Made by a program: the position numbers and the translations under genes
Source: Prorocentrum cordatum
Lineage: Eukaryota
Assembly: GCA_963575745.1 (NCBI GenBank)
Contig: CAUYUJ010000002.1
Span: forward strand, 1,922,001-1,986,000
Direction of reading: 5' to 3'
DNA length: 64,000 nucleotides
The notes under the pieces: model-generated
Databases searched by the model: none
Seen by the model: only the letters and a program-made list of their open reading frames with translations
Told to the model about the DNA's origin: nothing
Part shown: positions 23,144-35,090 of the stretch, in pieces
How positions within the stretch are numbered: the stretch's first letter is position 1
How the letters are laid out: the number at the start of each line of letters is the position of its first letter

Positions 23144-24730
23144 GCCATCACATTCTCAATGGGGGGAAGGCAGAGGGTTGACCGACCCGACCCAACCCTC
23201 TACCTTCAGGGGTGACATCCGATTTCCCTTTCCACTGCCCGCCGACCAGCCGTGCTGCGCCTTCCTTGAGGAGCACGGTAGCAGGGAGGCAAGGAAATCG
23301 GGGCCCCCATCCGAGGCCAGAATATCTTCACTATCCTACCGTCTCCTTCGCTGACAGTCGATCCATCTGCATCGCTTGCGCCCCTGCCTAGAGGAGCTCG
23401 TGGCGGAATCGGCTATCCGAGAGGGGATTTCTAAATCACAAACCCTACTACGGCCTAGAGGCTTATGTGAGCATTCTTTTATTATTATTTTTTTTGCTTT
23501 CGGCGGAACGCCCCTCCCCCCCCCCCCCCCCTCCCCCCCCCCTCCCCCCCCCCCGTAGAGAAGTTCCGGGCTGATTTTGGCACCTGCTTCAATCGATCGG
23601 ACGAACTACAGGGGCCGGCGCCCCCCCCCCTCCCCCGGTAGAAACTCGAATCGCTGATGTGTGCAACTGTGCGCATTTTATCGTGCTACTCTTCTGGAAC
23701 CACAACGACAGGGCTCAGGGGCGCCGGACCCGATCGCCAGAAAGCATGCCTCCGGCTGGGCCCTCCCCTGTTATGCCAGCGACGGCCTCGTGGAATCATG
23801 AATAAGTGATCCCTAGCAATTCTGGCACAGGCTTGCCAAATCACGCATAGCCTTGGTGCAGCCCCGCGCAGCCGCTGCGCGATTCCCCCATGGGGGGTCC
23901 CCCCTAGGATTCCCTCATCGGCATCTCCCACGGGATTCCCCACATGGCATTGACCACGGGCCGAGAGCCGGACCCCCCCCCCCTCCCCCCCATGCGCCTA
24001 AAGCCGGAACCCAGAATAAAAAAATGCTCACTATTCGGGAAAACGAACGAGGACCCCAAATAGGAGGAGGAGGAGGAGGAGGAGGAGGAAGAGGAGGAGG
24101 GAGAAGGAGGAGGAAGAGGAGGCCAGGACTGGGACAGGGAGCCAGGATCGGGGCCGGGGCCTGGGCCGGGGCCGGGGCCGGGGTCGGATTGGAGCCGAAG
24201 CTGGGCGGGGGCCGAAACCGGGGCCGAGGCTAGGGCCAGGACCAGAGCAGGGGCCGGGGCCAAGGCCAATGCGTGGTCATGAGCCGGGGCCGGGACCAGG
24301 GCCTGGGCTGGAGCATGAGCCTGGCCCGGGACCAGGAGCCGAGGCCTGGCTTTACGGCCCGTTCCAATATATTTCAAAATAGATGTAAACCAGTTGTAGT
24401 TTACTTGTGCAATACGTGTAGATTAGTTGTAGAACAGTCATATAATAGATTTCCCGAGTCCGTACATTCATATATACAGATATGTCTGATCAACTACTCA
24501 TTGCCTACTTTATTGAACCGGTCATGGCAACCGAGATTGTTCAGTTCTTTGCAGCTTATTTCGATACACGACGTTTGTTCGTACACATATGATAGAATAC
24601 CACTTGATTGCAAGCGCACGCGTCATACACACAGTTGCGGTTTAAACCGAACGATCTTGCTCGCGCGACGTTGCATTGCGAGCGTTGCTCGCTTGCGATT
24701 GAGAGCTTTGCTCGCAAACGACGCGCCACC

Positions 24731-24808
<78 letters not shown>
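24731..24808. repeat. (GAT)n microsatellite
   Basis: Direct reading. Confidence 0.95.
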
Positions 24809-24810
<2 letters not shown>

Positions 24811-24919
24811 GTGTGGTGGTGCCTGATGATGAAGGTGCCGATGGTTAGCTATTTTGGCACGAGTGGGCGCGTTGCCCGAGGCGTTCAGCTCGCGGGTTAG
24901 CGGCGGCGTTACGATTGCC

Positions 24920-26097
24920 ATGGCGCAGCCGGACGGCGCGATGGCCGCGTGGGAGGTATCCGCCTTAGTTTCCACGGCGAGCTTTGCCCGCGCGGCGATA
25001 GCTTTGGCGCTGCCCAAACGTTGCTTGCGTGGCGTTGCAGCGCGACCAATGACGAGCTTTGCTCGCGTGGCGTTGAAACGCCAACGTTGCGAGCTTTGCT
25101 CGCGTGGAGATTGGCACGCGACGCGCGCATATAATGAAGGTCAGCGTGGCCGACGCGAAGGAGCAGAGGAGCAAGGAGGAGCGTGCCAACGCGCTGGCAC
25201 CGCTCATCAACGGGAGCCTCCAGGCGTATTTCGCGGGCCAGGCTCCCGAGGGTGCCTCGGCATTCCAGGCCGGGCTCCGCAGGGCCATCAAGGAGAACAG
25301 CCCGCGCGAGCAGAAGTTCGCCCGCGCGATGAAGTCGGGGGTGCGCCCCGACAACCACGATGAGGCTCGACTCGTTCCGTTCGACGTCCTCGACCTCCTC
25401 GACATCCTGTGCGCGAAGGGGCGCGACGACGAGTGCTCGAAGACGCTCGCGTGCGAGATCCATTCTGCTTGCGCCGTGTCCGCGCGGGCGAGACACGCAT
25501 CCGTCTTCCGTTTTTGAGCATCGTTTCGCGACGCAGCCGGGGCGCAGGGCGCACGCGTGCCATGCGCGTTGCTACGAGCGCCCGCTCGCAAAGTGCGCGT
25601 TGATTTGGTCGGCGAGCGCGCGCTCGCCTCGCAGATTTGCGCAGCGTGGGTTGGATCCCAGCCGGCGACCCGACCAAGATCCGTGACTTCAACGCGCGTC
25701 TACCGGGGGGTCGGATGGCTTGCTCCCCGAGGTCGAGGATGCGAGCGAGCTGCAGGCGGCTGTGCGGTGCAGTCGCGCGACGGCCACGCTGCGCGTGATG
25801 CATGGCGCGGTTTGGCCGTTGATTAAAGAGTTCTCAGATGAGAACGGCCGCGTCTCAATTGCCCGCATTTGTGGGTGACCGCCGTCTTTCAGGCAGCCAT
25901 TGGAGCGCGGCTTGAAGTACAACGTCATCAGCGGTTTGCCGGTGACGCGCTGCTCGGAGCCGATGAAGCCCATGGCCCAGAGCGGCAGCGCTGACCACGG
26001 GGCCGCGCGCCAGGCCACCACGGCGCAGCGAGCCGAGAAGGTCTGGATGATCGCCAAGGCCCAGTCGAGGCTCGACACGGTGGAGGATTAGGCGAAG
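24920..26097 (+). pseudogene. Putative multi-exon gene remnant, product unknown
   Basis: gccATGGCG start at 24920; exon 1 24920-24955, GT..AG|G intron 24956-25139, in-frame GC3-rich exon 2 25140-~25456, acceptor tttcag|g at 25892, exon 3 with TAG at 26089-26091 and aag|gt at 26097; SL-like 15/18 match at 24846-24863. Confidence 0.45.
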
Positions 26098-27409
26098 GTG
26101 ACGCGCATTGCGGCCCTCGGCATGCCGCGGGAGTTGGGGCGGGAGCTCCCGTGCGAGACGATCGGCCCACGCCATTATCGCAGCCGCCCATGGCGAGCAC
26201 GCTCGCCGCCCCGACGACGATCGACGGGGTGATTGAGGGCATTTCTGGCAATGCTTGCGCCCAGCGCGCAGGATGGCAGACGCGAGTGGGGCGGAGGGGG
26301 GGCGCAGGGGAACGGCGCGCCATGCTCGCCCGGCGGGGAAGCCGATGGTGGGGGGAGAGTTTTGCGGCCACGGTGTTCGGAGGCGCGTGTGTCCTCGTCG
26401 GGTGGAGCGTATTCTCTGCTTGACGCAGGCGTGTCCTGGCTGCGCGGCACGTGTGCCATACGTCGGCCCTGCGCGCGGCACTCATGCCAACTCTTCGGGC
26501 GTCTTGTGACGAGCAGCGGGCCTTTAAGCTCGGGCCGGGATGGGGGGGGGGGGGCGTGGGGCCAGCAATGGCTCCACTGGGTCGTGGGCTTCTGACTCGA
26601 GGTTTAGAGATACCGGGTTCAAATCGGAAGCCCTCTACCATTGTCTTCGTCAGCGGTGGCTCGGGGGCGCGCATTCTTGGCATCGTGCGGATCATCCGCC
26701 CATGTGCGATAGTGCGGTCGTGATAATCTGGTTCTCAATACGGTGTGACCACAGACGGGCATGTGACATGTAGATGATATGCGAGATACGTTGCTAATGT
26801 TGCTTGCGCCCTCTAAGGCTTGCTGAGGTCTGGGCTCTCCGCGGAGAGTAGCCGGACAGGACCCGGGCGCCCAAATGCACTGCAATCATTGGTATGACGA
26901 TTTTGTTGTCGGAGGACCACCCAGAGCGCCACAGGCAAATTCAGTTACTGGTCCTTTTAGAACGCTTTGTACATAGGTCCGCGCTTGCAGCGTCGCTCTG
27001 TTCGCAGATCTGTATTCTTGCAGGCCGCTCGTTGACAGTATGTGCTCCCAGATTCCATTGTCCCAGTATACGCTGAGCGCCGTCCTACACCAATCGAGGG
27101 ATATCAATTGTGCCCCAAAGTTCTCTACACTTGGATTGCATTCCTAGTCCATGTGTCTACCTACGTTCTCCTGCCTCGCAGTCGAAGCCCACACTGAATA
27201 GAGAGAAAGAGAGAGCGAGAGAGAGAGAGCGAGACCTGCATTGGATGTGCAGCTGACGAGCGCCAGGCGAGCAATCACTGCGTCGCTGCCTGCCGCGTGA
27301 GACCGTGCTGGAGGCGCCCGACCGCGGCCCAGGCTTGATCCAGAGAAGGCGTCCGAGCCGCTTTCGATCAACCAGCAGGGAAGCTACAGCGGGTCCGCTG
27401 ACGGTACGA

Positions 27410-27592
27410 CAGGTTCGCGTCGTGTCGACCAGCGGCGACCCTGCCAGCGGCGTTCAACGTTGAACGCCGCTGGCGACCCAGAATCGTTCGATGTGGAACG
27501 ATTTGGACGTTTCGGAAACGGCCGATCGTTCAAGGTTGAACGATCCCCGCGGTGTCAGAGACCAACGCCGGAGTCGGCACGACACGAACTTG
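27410..27592. mobile_element. MITE-like palindromic element, copy 1
   Basis: Termini CAGGTTCGCGTCGTGTCGAC / GTCGGCACGACACGAACTTG are imperfect inverted repeats; second copy at 41661-41848. Confidence 0.75.
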
Positions 27593-28337
27593 ACGTAGGC
27601 GCGCATGGGTTCCCAGATCCTGGTCTACTGTATATGCGCCTTCCTGCTTCAGTAACGGATGGTTGCTTGCTCGAACCGCCTTTAATTCGGGCGGGGCGAG
27701 CCTGGATCTAATGCATCGGCCTTCCTGTTTCATGCTCTTCCTCAGGAGGGGAATAGCACAGACACAACTAAACGCTGATCTCCAGGACAATGCTGTGGGA
27801 AAGCACGGGCCACGGAGGGGAAGACGAGGACCCAGAGCAGATGGGAAAAGATAGGTATCCTGGAACGTGTGCCTATTTCACTGGTGTTGCCCCTGGGCTG
27901 CTTTACGTACCCTCACTTTGGGGCGTCGCCACGCCATGTTATGTCATGCTACGCGTTGATCTTCAACACGATGCTGTGCCATGTAAGTAATGCTATGCCA
28001 TGCTACGACATCCGACTGTGCGAATAGACAAGAGGATCTACGCCATGGTCAGGGTTGGGAGGGAGGGGTAGGACGTTTGATATGACCCGAGCGCACCTAG
28101 CTTGACGTACCCCCTCGCCCTGGATCCCTGCCCCCTTCTCTCGCCCGCCGGGCGCCCACTCCGGGCAGACGTCCCTCCCCGAGCCCCACGGGGCAAGGGG
28201 GTGGGGCGCGGGGCGCTTCTTGGCGCGCCACGGGCGCCCCCCTTCCCCCCCCCCCTCCTCCTCGTCTCCTCCTTTTCCTCCTCCTTCTCCTCCTCCTCCT
28301 CCTCCTCCTCCTCCTCCTCCTCCTCCTCCTCCCTCTC

Positions 28338-28359
28338 TCCGTAGCCATTTTGGCTCAAG
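28338..28359 (+). other. Complete dinoflagellate spliced-leader sequence (genomic, retroposed)
   Basis: TCCGTAGCCATTTTGGCTCAAG, 22/22 to DCCGTAGCCATTTTGGCTCAAG; not followed by a GT donor; preceded by (TCC)n. Confidence 0.95.
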
Positions 28360-31300
28360 TCACCATGTCGCGCTGCGGCCGCATGGAGACCTCTGAGCCG
28401 AGGCCTGACCCAAACTGTTTCCAGCCACCATCAGGGGTGAGTTGGCACCCAAGCGATCTGCCGCTACACTCAGGGGCGTGCGGCCGCCCACTCCTGCTCT
28501 TTGTGCTGGCATTGCAGGCTGCCATCCATATCGCGCTCTCGTGCGCTCCGACCTCCGTCGCCGAGCACCGGCTGGACTTCGGCCTCACTGACGTCGCCGT
28601 CGCTCTTCTCCATAACCCGCTGGACGTCGACCTGCTCGTTCCCCAGCTGCAGCAGCTGCCACGTGGTGGCTCCGCGAAGGCCCTGGAGTCTGGAGCTCTC
28701 GACATCAACTTCCTGAAGCAGAACAGCAGTCAGTCCGACGGCAGCCCACAGTCTCAACCATGTCTTCTTCCAGCGAAGAACGTTCTACCTCCCGAAGTGC
28801 CCCATCTGCTAGCCGAAGAAGGAAAGACCGTCGACGAGAACGTGAACGACTCGACCAAGATCGTGCTGCTTGAGCTCCCCCAGGCCGTGCTGATAAAAAT
28901 GGTCGAGCAGCTGCAGGGCGCGCCGCTCTGGCCTCGCCCGGCGACGCCATCATTGCTACACAGGCAGCGCCACGCTCAGGGCGAGCATCTGGACATGCCG
29001 CTCGCTCTTGCCGCTCCGCAGCTCGTGCACACCATCAGCCGCCCCACTTCGCCATGGACGCTGGAGAAGAAGAAGCTGCTGACCCTGCCCGCGCCGCCGT
29101 CACCGTCAATGCACGCCAATTTCAAGCCGGTGAAGGGACCGAGCCGCCGCCGCAACTCCAAGGTGAAGCTCGTCGCCACGACCCTCTCGCTGCTGCTGAC
29201 CCATGGCGTGCTGGAGGCGCAGCAGCCGCTGGAGGAGCTGCCGCCGTCGGAGCCGCCGCCGATACCGATGCCGCTACGCCAGGCGACCCCGTTCGCCTCC
29301 CAGGTCTGGACCCCGAACTCGACAAAGCTCTTCAAGATCTCATGCAAGCTCAAGTCGCACATGCTGCCAGTACATCCCAAGTTCAAGCCAACGTCCTGCT
29401 CAATGATTCACGCGAAAGCTTTCGCCAACTTCTTGCGCAGCAAGTCCTAGCTACCGAACGACGGGTCGACACCCGTCATGACGTCGTCGCACGCACTCGT
29501 AGAGAACAAGACCGTCAAGCAGAGGAACATAAGAAGATGTGGATGCAGATCGACCAGATGCGAGAGACCCTCGCGCTCGCCGAGGCCCAGGCGCCGATCG
29601 CGGACCTTACCGAGCTCGCTGACTGGGACCGCGAGATCGACCCCACGATCTTCACCATCGGGGCGCAGCGGCCCATCTAGACCGCCGCGCCCACCCCGCC
29701 ATCCTGGAGTGGAACGAGAAGGCGTTCGAGCTTGCCGCCTTCCGCGACCTTGAGCGCGGCGCCACCCTCACGTCGTTCCAGGCGCTCTTCGCGGACGCAG
29801 CGGGGGCCACGCGGCGCGCTTGGCCATCTTTGGGCGGGCTGGCGCCAGGGCGCTCGCCCAGCGCGACGTTTACAATCCACCTCCGAGCCTGGCGCCAAGT
29901 TCCTCAACATCGACGTCGGGCACATCGCGCTCACGGATGCCGCCGAGTTCACCATGAAGTCTGCCGCGCCGCACCGCGACTTCGAGGCTCGGCGGCGCTC
30001 CCTGGCGCGCCGTGCAGCTCAGCTGCCGCGAGGCTCCTTAGGGGCCGCCGATCCCAAGAGGCCCAGGAAGGTCAACCGATCTCCCCTGCGCAGGGCCCCT
30101 CTCTGGGACACCTGGAAGCGCCGTCTGGTTATCCAGGTGATCAAAACCACCGACCCCGAGGGCCTCCCAGGAGTAGCCAGAGAGAGCTGCGCGTTGGTCG
30201 ATGCTCTCCGCGCTCACTGGAGCCACGTCCTCAAGCGCAAGCACGTCGTTGGCATCAAGGTCCAGCAGTGCATTGTCGAGCTCTCGCTCAGCCATCCCAT
30301 CGTTGACGTCGGTGGGCTCATCCAGTCGCACATCAGAGGCTTTCTGCTTCACGCGACTCCATCTGCGTCTGGGCTCGACCTCTTGCCGTACTGCGCCTGG
30401 CTCGCCGCGGGCGCGCCCATTGGCCCGCTGGAGGACCTTGCCTCGCACCTCTGCTTCAACTCCGTCTTCATCCTCGTCCTGAACGGCCCTGACTTCGCGA
30501 TCATGCCAAAGGGCGTCAACCTCATAGGCGTACTCACCACGGACCGCCGCCCTGGGGGCACTCGCCCGCCGCCCCTCAAGTACACCGATGTCAATACCAT
30601 CGCAGGCGAAACCAACATCCTCACCAAATCCGCTGTGGCAGAGCGGACTTATTACATGCAGCAGGGCTTGGTAGTGGGATGCATCTTCACCAAGCACATC
30701 ATCAACCCCGCCGCCGCGATGCGCCGCGCAGGAGTTCATCCAGAGTCCGACAAGCCCAAGCCCGTCTTTACCAGCTTCGAACCCGCGGCTGCGCCCCCGT
30801 CGCTCGGCAGCGTCTGGCCCCTCGCGTCGCTGGAATCCAGGGGCGTCCCTGAGTGCTCGATGAACTTCTCTCGCCAGCTGTACCTCGCCTCCAACTGCTT
30901 CCTCAAAGTTGATAGCGTTCGCCACTTCATGTTTCCGATTGAGACTGGCGCGGCCCAGGGCTGCCCCATGAGCGGCTTTGAATGGGTGATCGCCATGGGC
31001 CCGCTCGTTCACCACTCCGCCTCGTTCATCGCGACAGTCGACGGCGTGCTCATTCACGACAAGAGCTACCTGGGAGATGCTGCGGGCGACATTGGCCTCT
31101 TCACGTTCTCGTTCTCCACGCAGCGCGCTGACTCCGAGCCCTTGGCTGCCGCTCAGGAGCTCGCGCACCCCCACATGAAACATCGCAAGTATGTCGTCGT
31201 CCCGCTTCGGGCGAATACCTTTCAGATAGTGCAACGCGGCTGTGTTGCCACCGTTCGCGTTCACTTCTCATCAGTAGTTTCAATGCTCAGCCATGTCTCG

Positions 31301-32184
31301 CAGTTCGTATTGCTCGATCAGAAGCTTGCCCGCCGTGTACATTTACATGTTTCACAAGTTGCGCCGCCCCCTGCCTAACGCGTTTCGCAAAGTAGTTCTT
31401 ATTGCCATAGTGGAATTGTACCCGCCACAGATGCCAGCTGTTGCCGTCGCCATTCATTCTGCCGCTTTCATGCTCCGAGGGGAATGCGAGCTATTCTCCA
31501 CTGCCGCCCCGTTTCCAGCAGCTGCCGCGGCGGCGGCGAACCACGCAGCTGCCCGTGAAATTCGCGAGGCCCCGAGTGCTGAGCCACCGCGCCGCCCCAG
31601 GCTGCAGCGCGCGGTCGCGCTCACGCTGCAGCGGGCCTCTTTCTCGGTGCCTCTCTCAGTCACGCTCGAGATGCGTATCGCAGCCTGGGGCGTCTCTCAG
31701 CCGCCTCTGCCGCCAGAGGGTGCCGCGCGATGCGCTGCTCCCACGAATTCCATGTGCACCGCTCATCTGTGCTGGCGCTGGGTAGTTCGCAGGTGGACGG
31801 GCGAAGTCCCACTGCATGCACGCTCCCTCGATGATGTCGTGTGTGTTAGGGTGTCCAGCAGCACCCGATTCATTCCCTCTCTTCCTGTCCCGCTCGGTCC
31901 TCCTGTGCCTCCTCCGGTCCCCCATCTTGCCCCTCCTCCGCAGCTCACTTACATCCTGGGGCTTGAGCCCCACCGCGGCCTTTCCGTCTGATCCCGCGAA
32001 CGAGCTTTCGTTATCGTGGTCGAATCAGCGGATTACGCTCGCCATTCTCTTCTTTTACAACATGAAGTACGCCGCGCCGACCCCAGCTACGAGAGCTGCA
32101 GGGTTATGCGCCATCAAAGCATCGCTCTGGAAGTAGACGCGCGGTAGACGGACAGGAGCGGACAGACTTCTTACCCTCGTGCAC
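28338..32184 (+). mobile_element. Non-LTR retrotransposon 'LINE-A' (L1/Tx1-like RT), internally deleted and decayed
   Basis: ORF1-like coiled coil 29054-29680; degenerate RT 30350-31200 (SASGLDLLPYCAW, TRPPPLKYTDVNTIA, QQGLVVG, AAAPPSL, GAAQGCPMSG, AGDIG); C-terminal CVLGC..PDS remnant ~31840; no endonuclease visible; ends at gcac-(TCC)n. Confidence 0.8.
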
Positions 32185-32214
32185 TCCTCCTCCTCCCTCC
32201 CCTCCTCCCTCTCC

Positions 32215-32236
32215 TCCGTAGCCATTTTGGTTCAAC
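32215..32236 (+). other. Near-complete spliced leader at the LINE-B 5' end
   Basis: TCCGTAGCCATTTTGGTTCAAC (20/22), then gccATGG at 32240; preceded by (TCC)n. Confidence 0.9.
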
Positions 32237-34811
32237 GCCATGGCGCCCTCCCGTTGGGCGCACGCCTCTGCGAGGCGCTCTGAGCACCGAGGGAGGTGCT
32301 GGGCAGAGCGTAAAACAAATGTTACCAAGTTCTTTGCGGGCCCGCGCGCTTCGGCATGGCCCCAGAAAAGAAGGACCGGTCCAGCCCAGGCAGCCCCGCC
32401 GCGCCCGTCAGCACGGGCCTCCACGGAGCGGCAGCCCTGGCTGCGCAAGTCCTGCCAGACGGCCACGGGCGCAAGGGTCCGCAACAGCGGCTGGAACCTC
32501 GTGTGTTCGGGCTGCAAGCTGCACAAAGGGGTCGCGTTTGGCGAGGTCGTCGCGGGCGCCCCCAGCAAGCCAGCACCACGGGTCAACAGCCCGCCGCCGA
32601 CCGCCGCCGGGCCCACGGGCGACGGCGCGCCCTGGCAGTATAAGGCGATGGAGGTCAAGATCCGCCAACAGCTGCAGGCCAAGCACGACGGGGACCTCGA
32701 GCTGGCTCGACGCGAGGTCGCTGCGGCCGCGACTGGTGGTGACGCAGCGCCGCCTCTGGCAGCGGCGGCGCCCCCAGCAGACAGAAGACGCCGTCGACCT
32801 CGCGCGCATCAAGAAGCTGGCGGCTCTCATCAAGGCGGGCGAGCACATGGGCGACTCGGAGAAGGACAACGTGCAGCGCTGGAAGACGGAGCTCGAGGCG
32901 CTGCGCACCAAGCGCCAGGAGACGCTCCCCCTCGGCAAGCGCGACCACGCCTGCAACCGCGACGTCAAGCGCTTGGAGGGCCTCTCTGCTTCGATAGGCA
33001 AAGACGTTGAGGCGACCAAGGCCGAGATCGCGCACCTCGAGGTCAAGCTGGCCCTCCAGCAGGAGCAGCAGGCCAAGCATGACAAGGACCTCGCGGCGGC
33101 CCGCGCGCTCCTCGCTGACCTCGGCAAGCAGCGATTCCACGGCGGGAAGGAGTCGGAGGCCATCCCCCCCCTCGAGGACTTCGTGGCGAAGCTCGAGGAC
33201 CATCCCTACGACGAGGGCCTCGACGGCGCCGACGCGCTCGAGATCTGCCAACAGTCCCAGGAGGCCAGGGACCGCCTCCTCCAGAAGGTCTCGAAGGCCA
33301 AGGCGGCGCGCGACCGACGGGCCGAGGCCCGCCGAGCCCCTTGGCCATCAGGTCCCCGAGGACGACGAGAACGCCCGCAGCGCGGCCGAGCGCTGCGCCC
33401 AGGCTCACCAGCCCCCAGCTGTCCATGGAGGCCGCCCGCGCGGCAGGGGACGACGCGGAGGCCCGTGGCCGCGAGGCATTGGCTTGGCAGCCTGCAGGCG
33501 CGGCCGGCGGGCCCCCTGCCCCCGCTGCCCCCGCGGCCGCCAGTGGAGGCCAGCATCATGCCTAACACGGATCAGGTGGACGTCACCGTCCTCTACAGCA
33601 ACATCACGGAGTGGGCCCCCCAGGCCAGGGGCTTCTTGCAGTCCGACCGCGCCATGCGCTTCGACGGCATCGCCTTCGTCGAGCTGCGCCGCGCGGAGAA
33701 ACGCGCCATGTCCATCACCGGGGCAGTCCGCAAGGACGGCTGGAAGGCGACGCACTCCCCTGGGGTCTCCACGGGCAAAGGCGGCGTCACAGGAGGCGAG
33801 CTCGTGGCGGTGCGCGCGCACCTCCAGGCCACCACCTTCGACCATTGGCGCGGCGCCAAGGGCGCTGCGCTCTGCGGCTTCGCCCCCGTGGTCCTGCGCG
33901 CGGCGGCGGGCAACATCGTTGTGGTGGCGCTCTACCTGCGCCCTGCGCTCGGCTTCGGCAAGCGCAACAGGGGCACCCTCGTCGCGCTGGGGGCGCCCCT
34001 CGCGACGCAGAAGGCCCCGTGGATCGTCCTGGGCGACTGGAACCACGAGCCGCGCCAGCTCGCCCAGTCGGGCTGGGTCGCCAAACTGGGCGGCGCGGTC
34101 GCCCTCCCCGACGTCGCCACCACGTGCGACAAAGGGCAGGGCCGCCTGCTGGACTACGGCCTCGCCAAGGACGGCCACCAGCATTTGTTTTCGCTGAAGG
34201 ATGTCCTGAAGGCGCCGTGGGCGACGCACTGCGGGCCCCTGCTCACTTCCGCGGCGCCCGCCAGAGATGGCGGCATCAGGCGCTGGACGCCCCGCGCAGC
34301 CTCCCGGCTACCAAGCGCGCCAAGGCGGCAGCGGACCCCAACAGCAGGAGGTCCAGGCAGAGCCATGCCGCGCTCCAACGGCGGGCGGCGGCCCTGCCGG
34401 CAGGGCTCGGCGCCGACTTCGAGGAGGTGCAGCTGGGCCTCTGCCGCAGCAGCGCGGAGGGCACGCCAGCCAGTGCCCTGCCCAGCCCCCGCCAGCATCC
34501 CGTGGGCCATGGCGCCAGCCCACGGCCAGCCCCACCCCCTGCGGATGGAGGCGGCCCCCTCCCTGCCGCCCAGGCCGACCTCGACCAGTTCCACGATTGC
34601 TTGGCCTCGCCCCAGGTCGAAGGTCACGCGGAGGTTGCGGGTCTACGCAGCCCCCGCCACGCCGGCGCCGTCGCCCGCGCCAACTTCTCGGGCGTCTGGG
34701 ACCCCTTCGACGACCTGGCCGAAGAGCAATTCTTCGAGGCTGTCGAGGGGCACCCGCCAGCAGAACGGCGGGACGAGCCCTACGGGGCTGGCTTCTATAC
34801 TGCGATGGGTT

Positions 34812-35090
34812 CTTCAGTTCAATCACAGGTCGGCCCGCCCGATGAAAGGGGCGCCCTCGCTGGTGGAGAGGGGCCGAGCAGTGCGGCGTCCCAGGCAGGC
34901 TGCACTTACCAGCAGGCCTTCCGTTTCTTCAGTTCATTTACAGGTCGGTCCGCCCGATGAAAGGGGCGCCCTCGCTGGTGGAGAGGGGCCGAGCTGCGCG
35001 ACGTCCCAGGGGTGCTGCATTTACACGAGCAGGCCTCCCATGTCTTCAGCACTGTTGCAGGTCAGCCCGTTTGGTAAAAGGAGCGCCGCC
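34812..35090 (+). repeat. ~116-bp tandem repeat (about 2.4 units) in the LINE-B APE-RT linker
   Basis: cttcagttca..acaggtcgg.ccgcccgatgaaaggggcgccctcgctggtggagaggggccgagc repeated. Confidence 0.85.

Noticed and set aside
21940..23215. Poly-Glu/Arg/Pro/Leu ORFs
   Set aside because: Translation of the (GGA)n tract.
24120..24345. (GGGGCC)n-like Ala/Pro ORF
   Set aside because: Simple hexamer repeat; no coding evidence.
28338..28400. SL RNA gene
   Set aside because: The SL exon is followed by TCACCATG, not a GT-starting SL intron, and leads into a LINE body.
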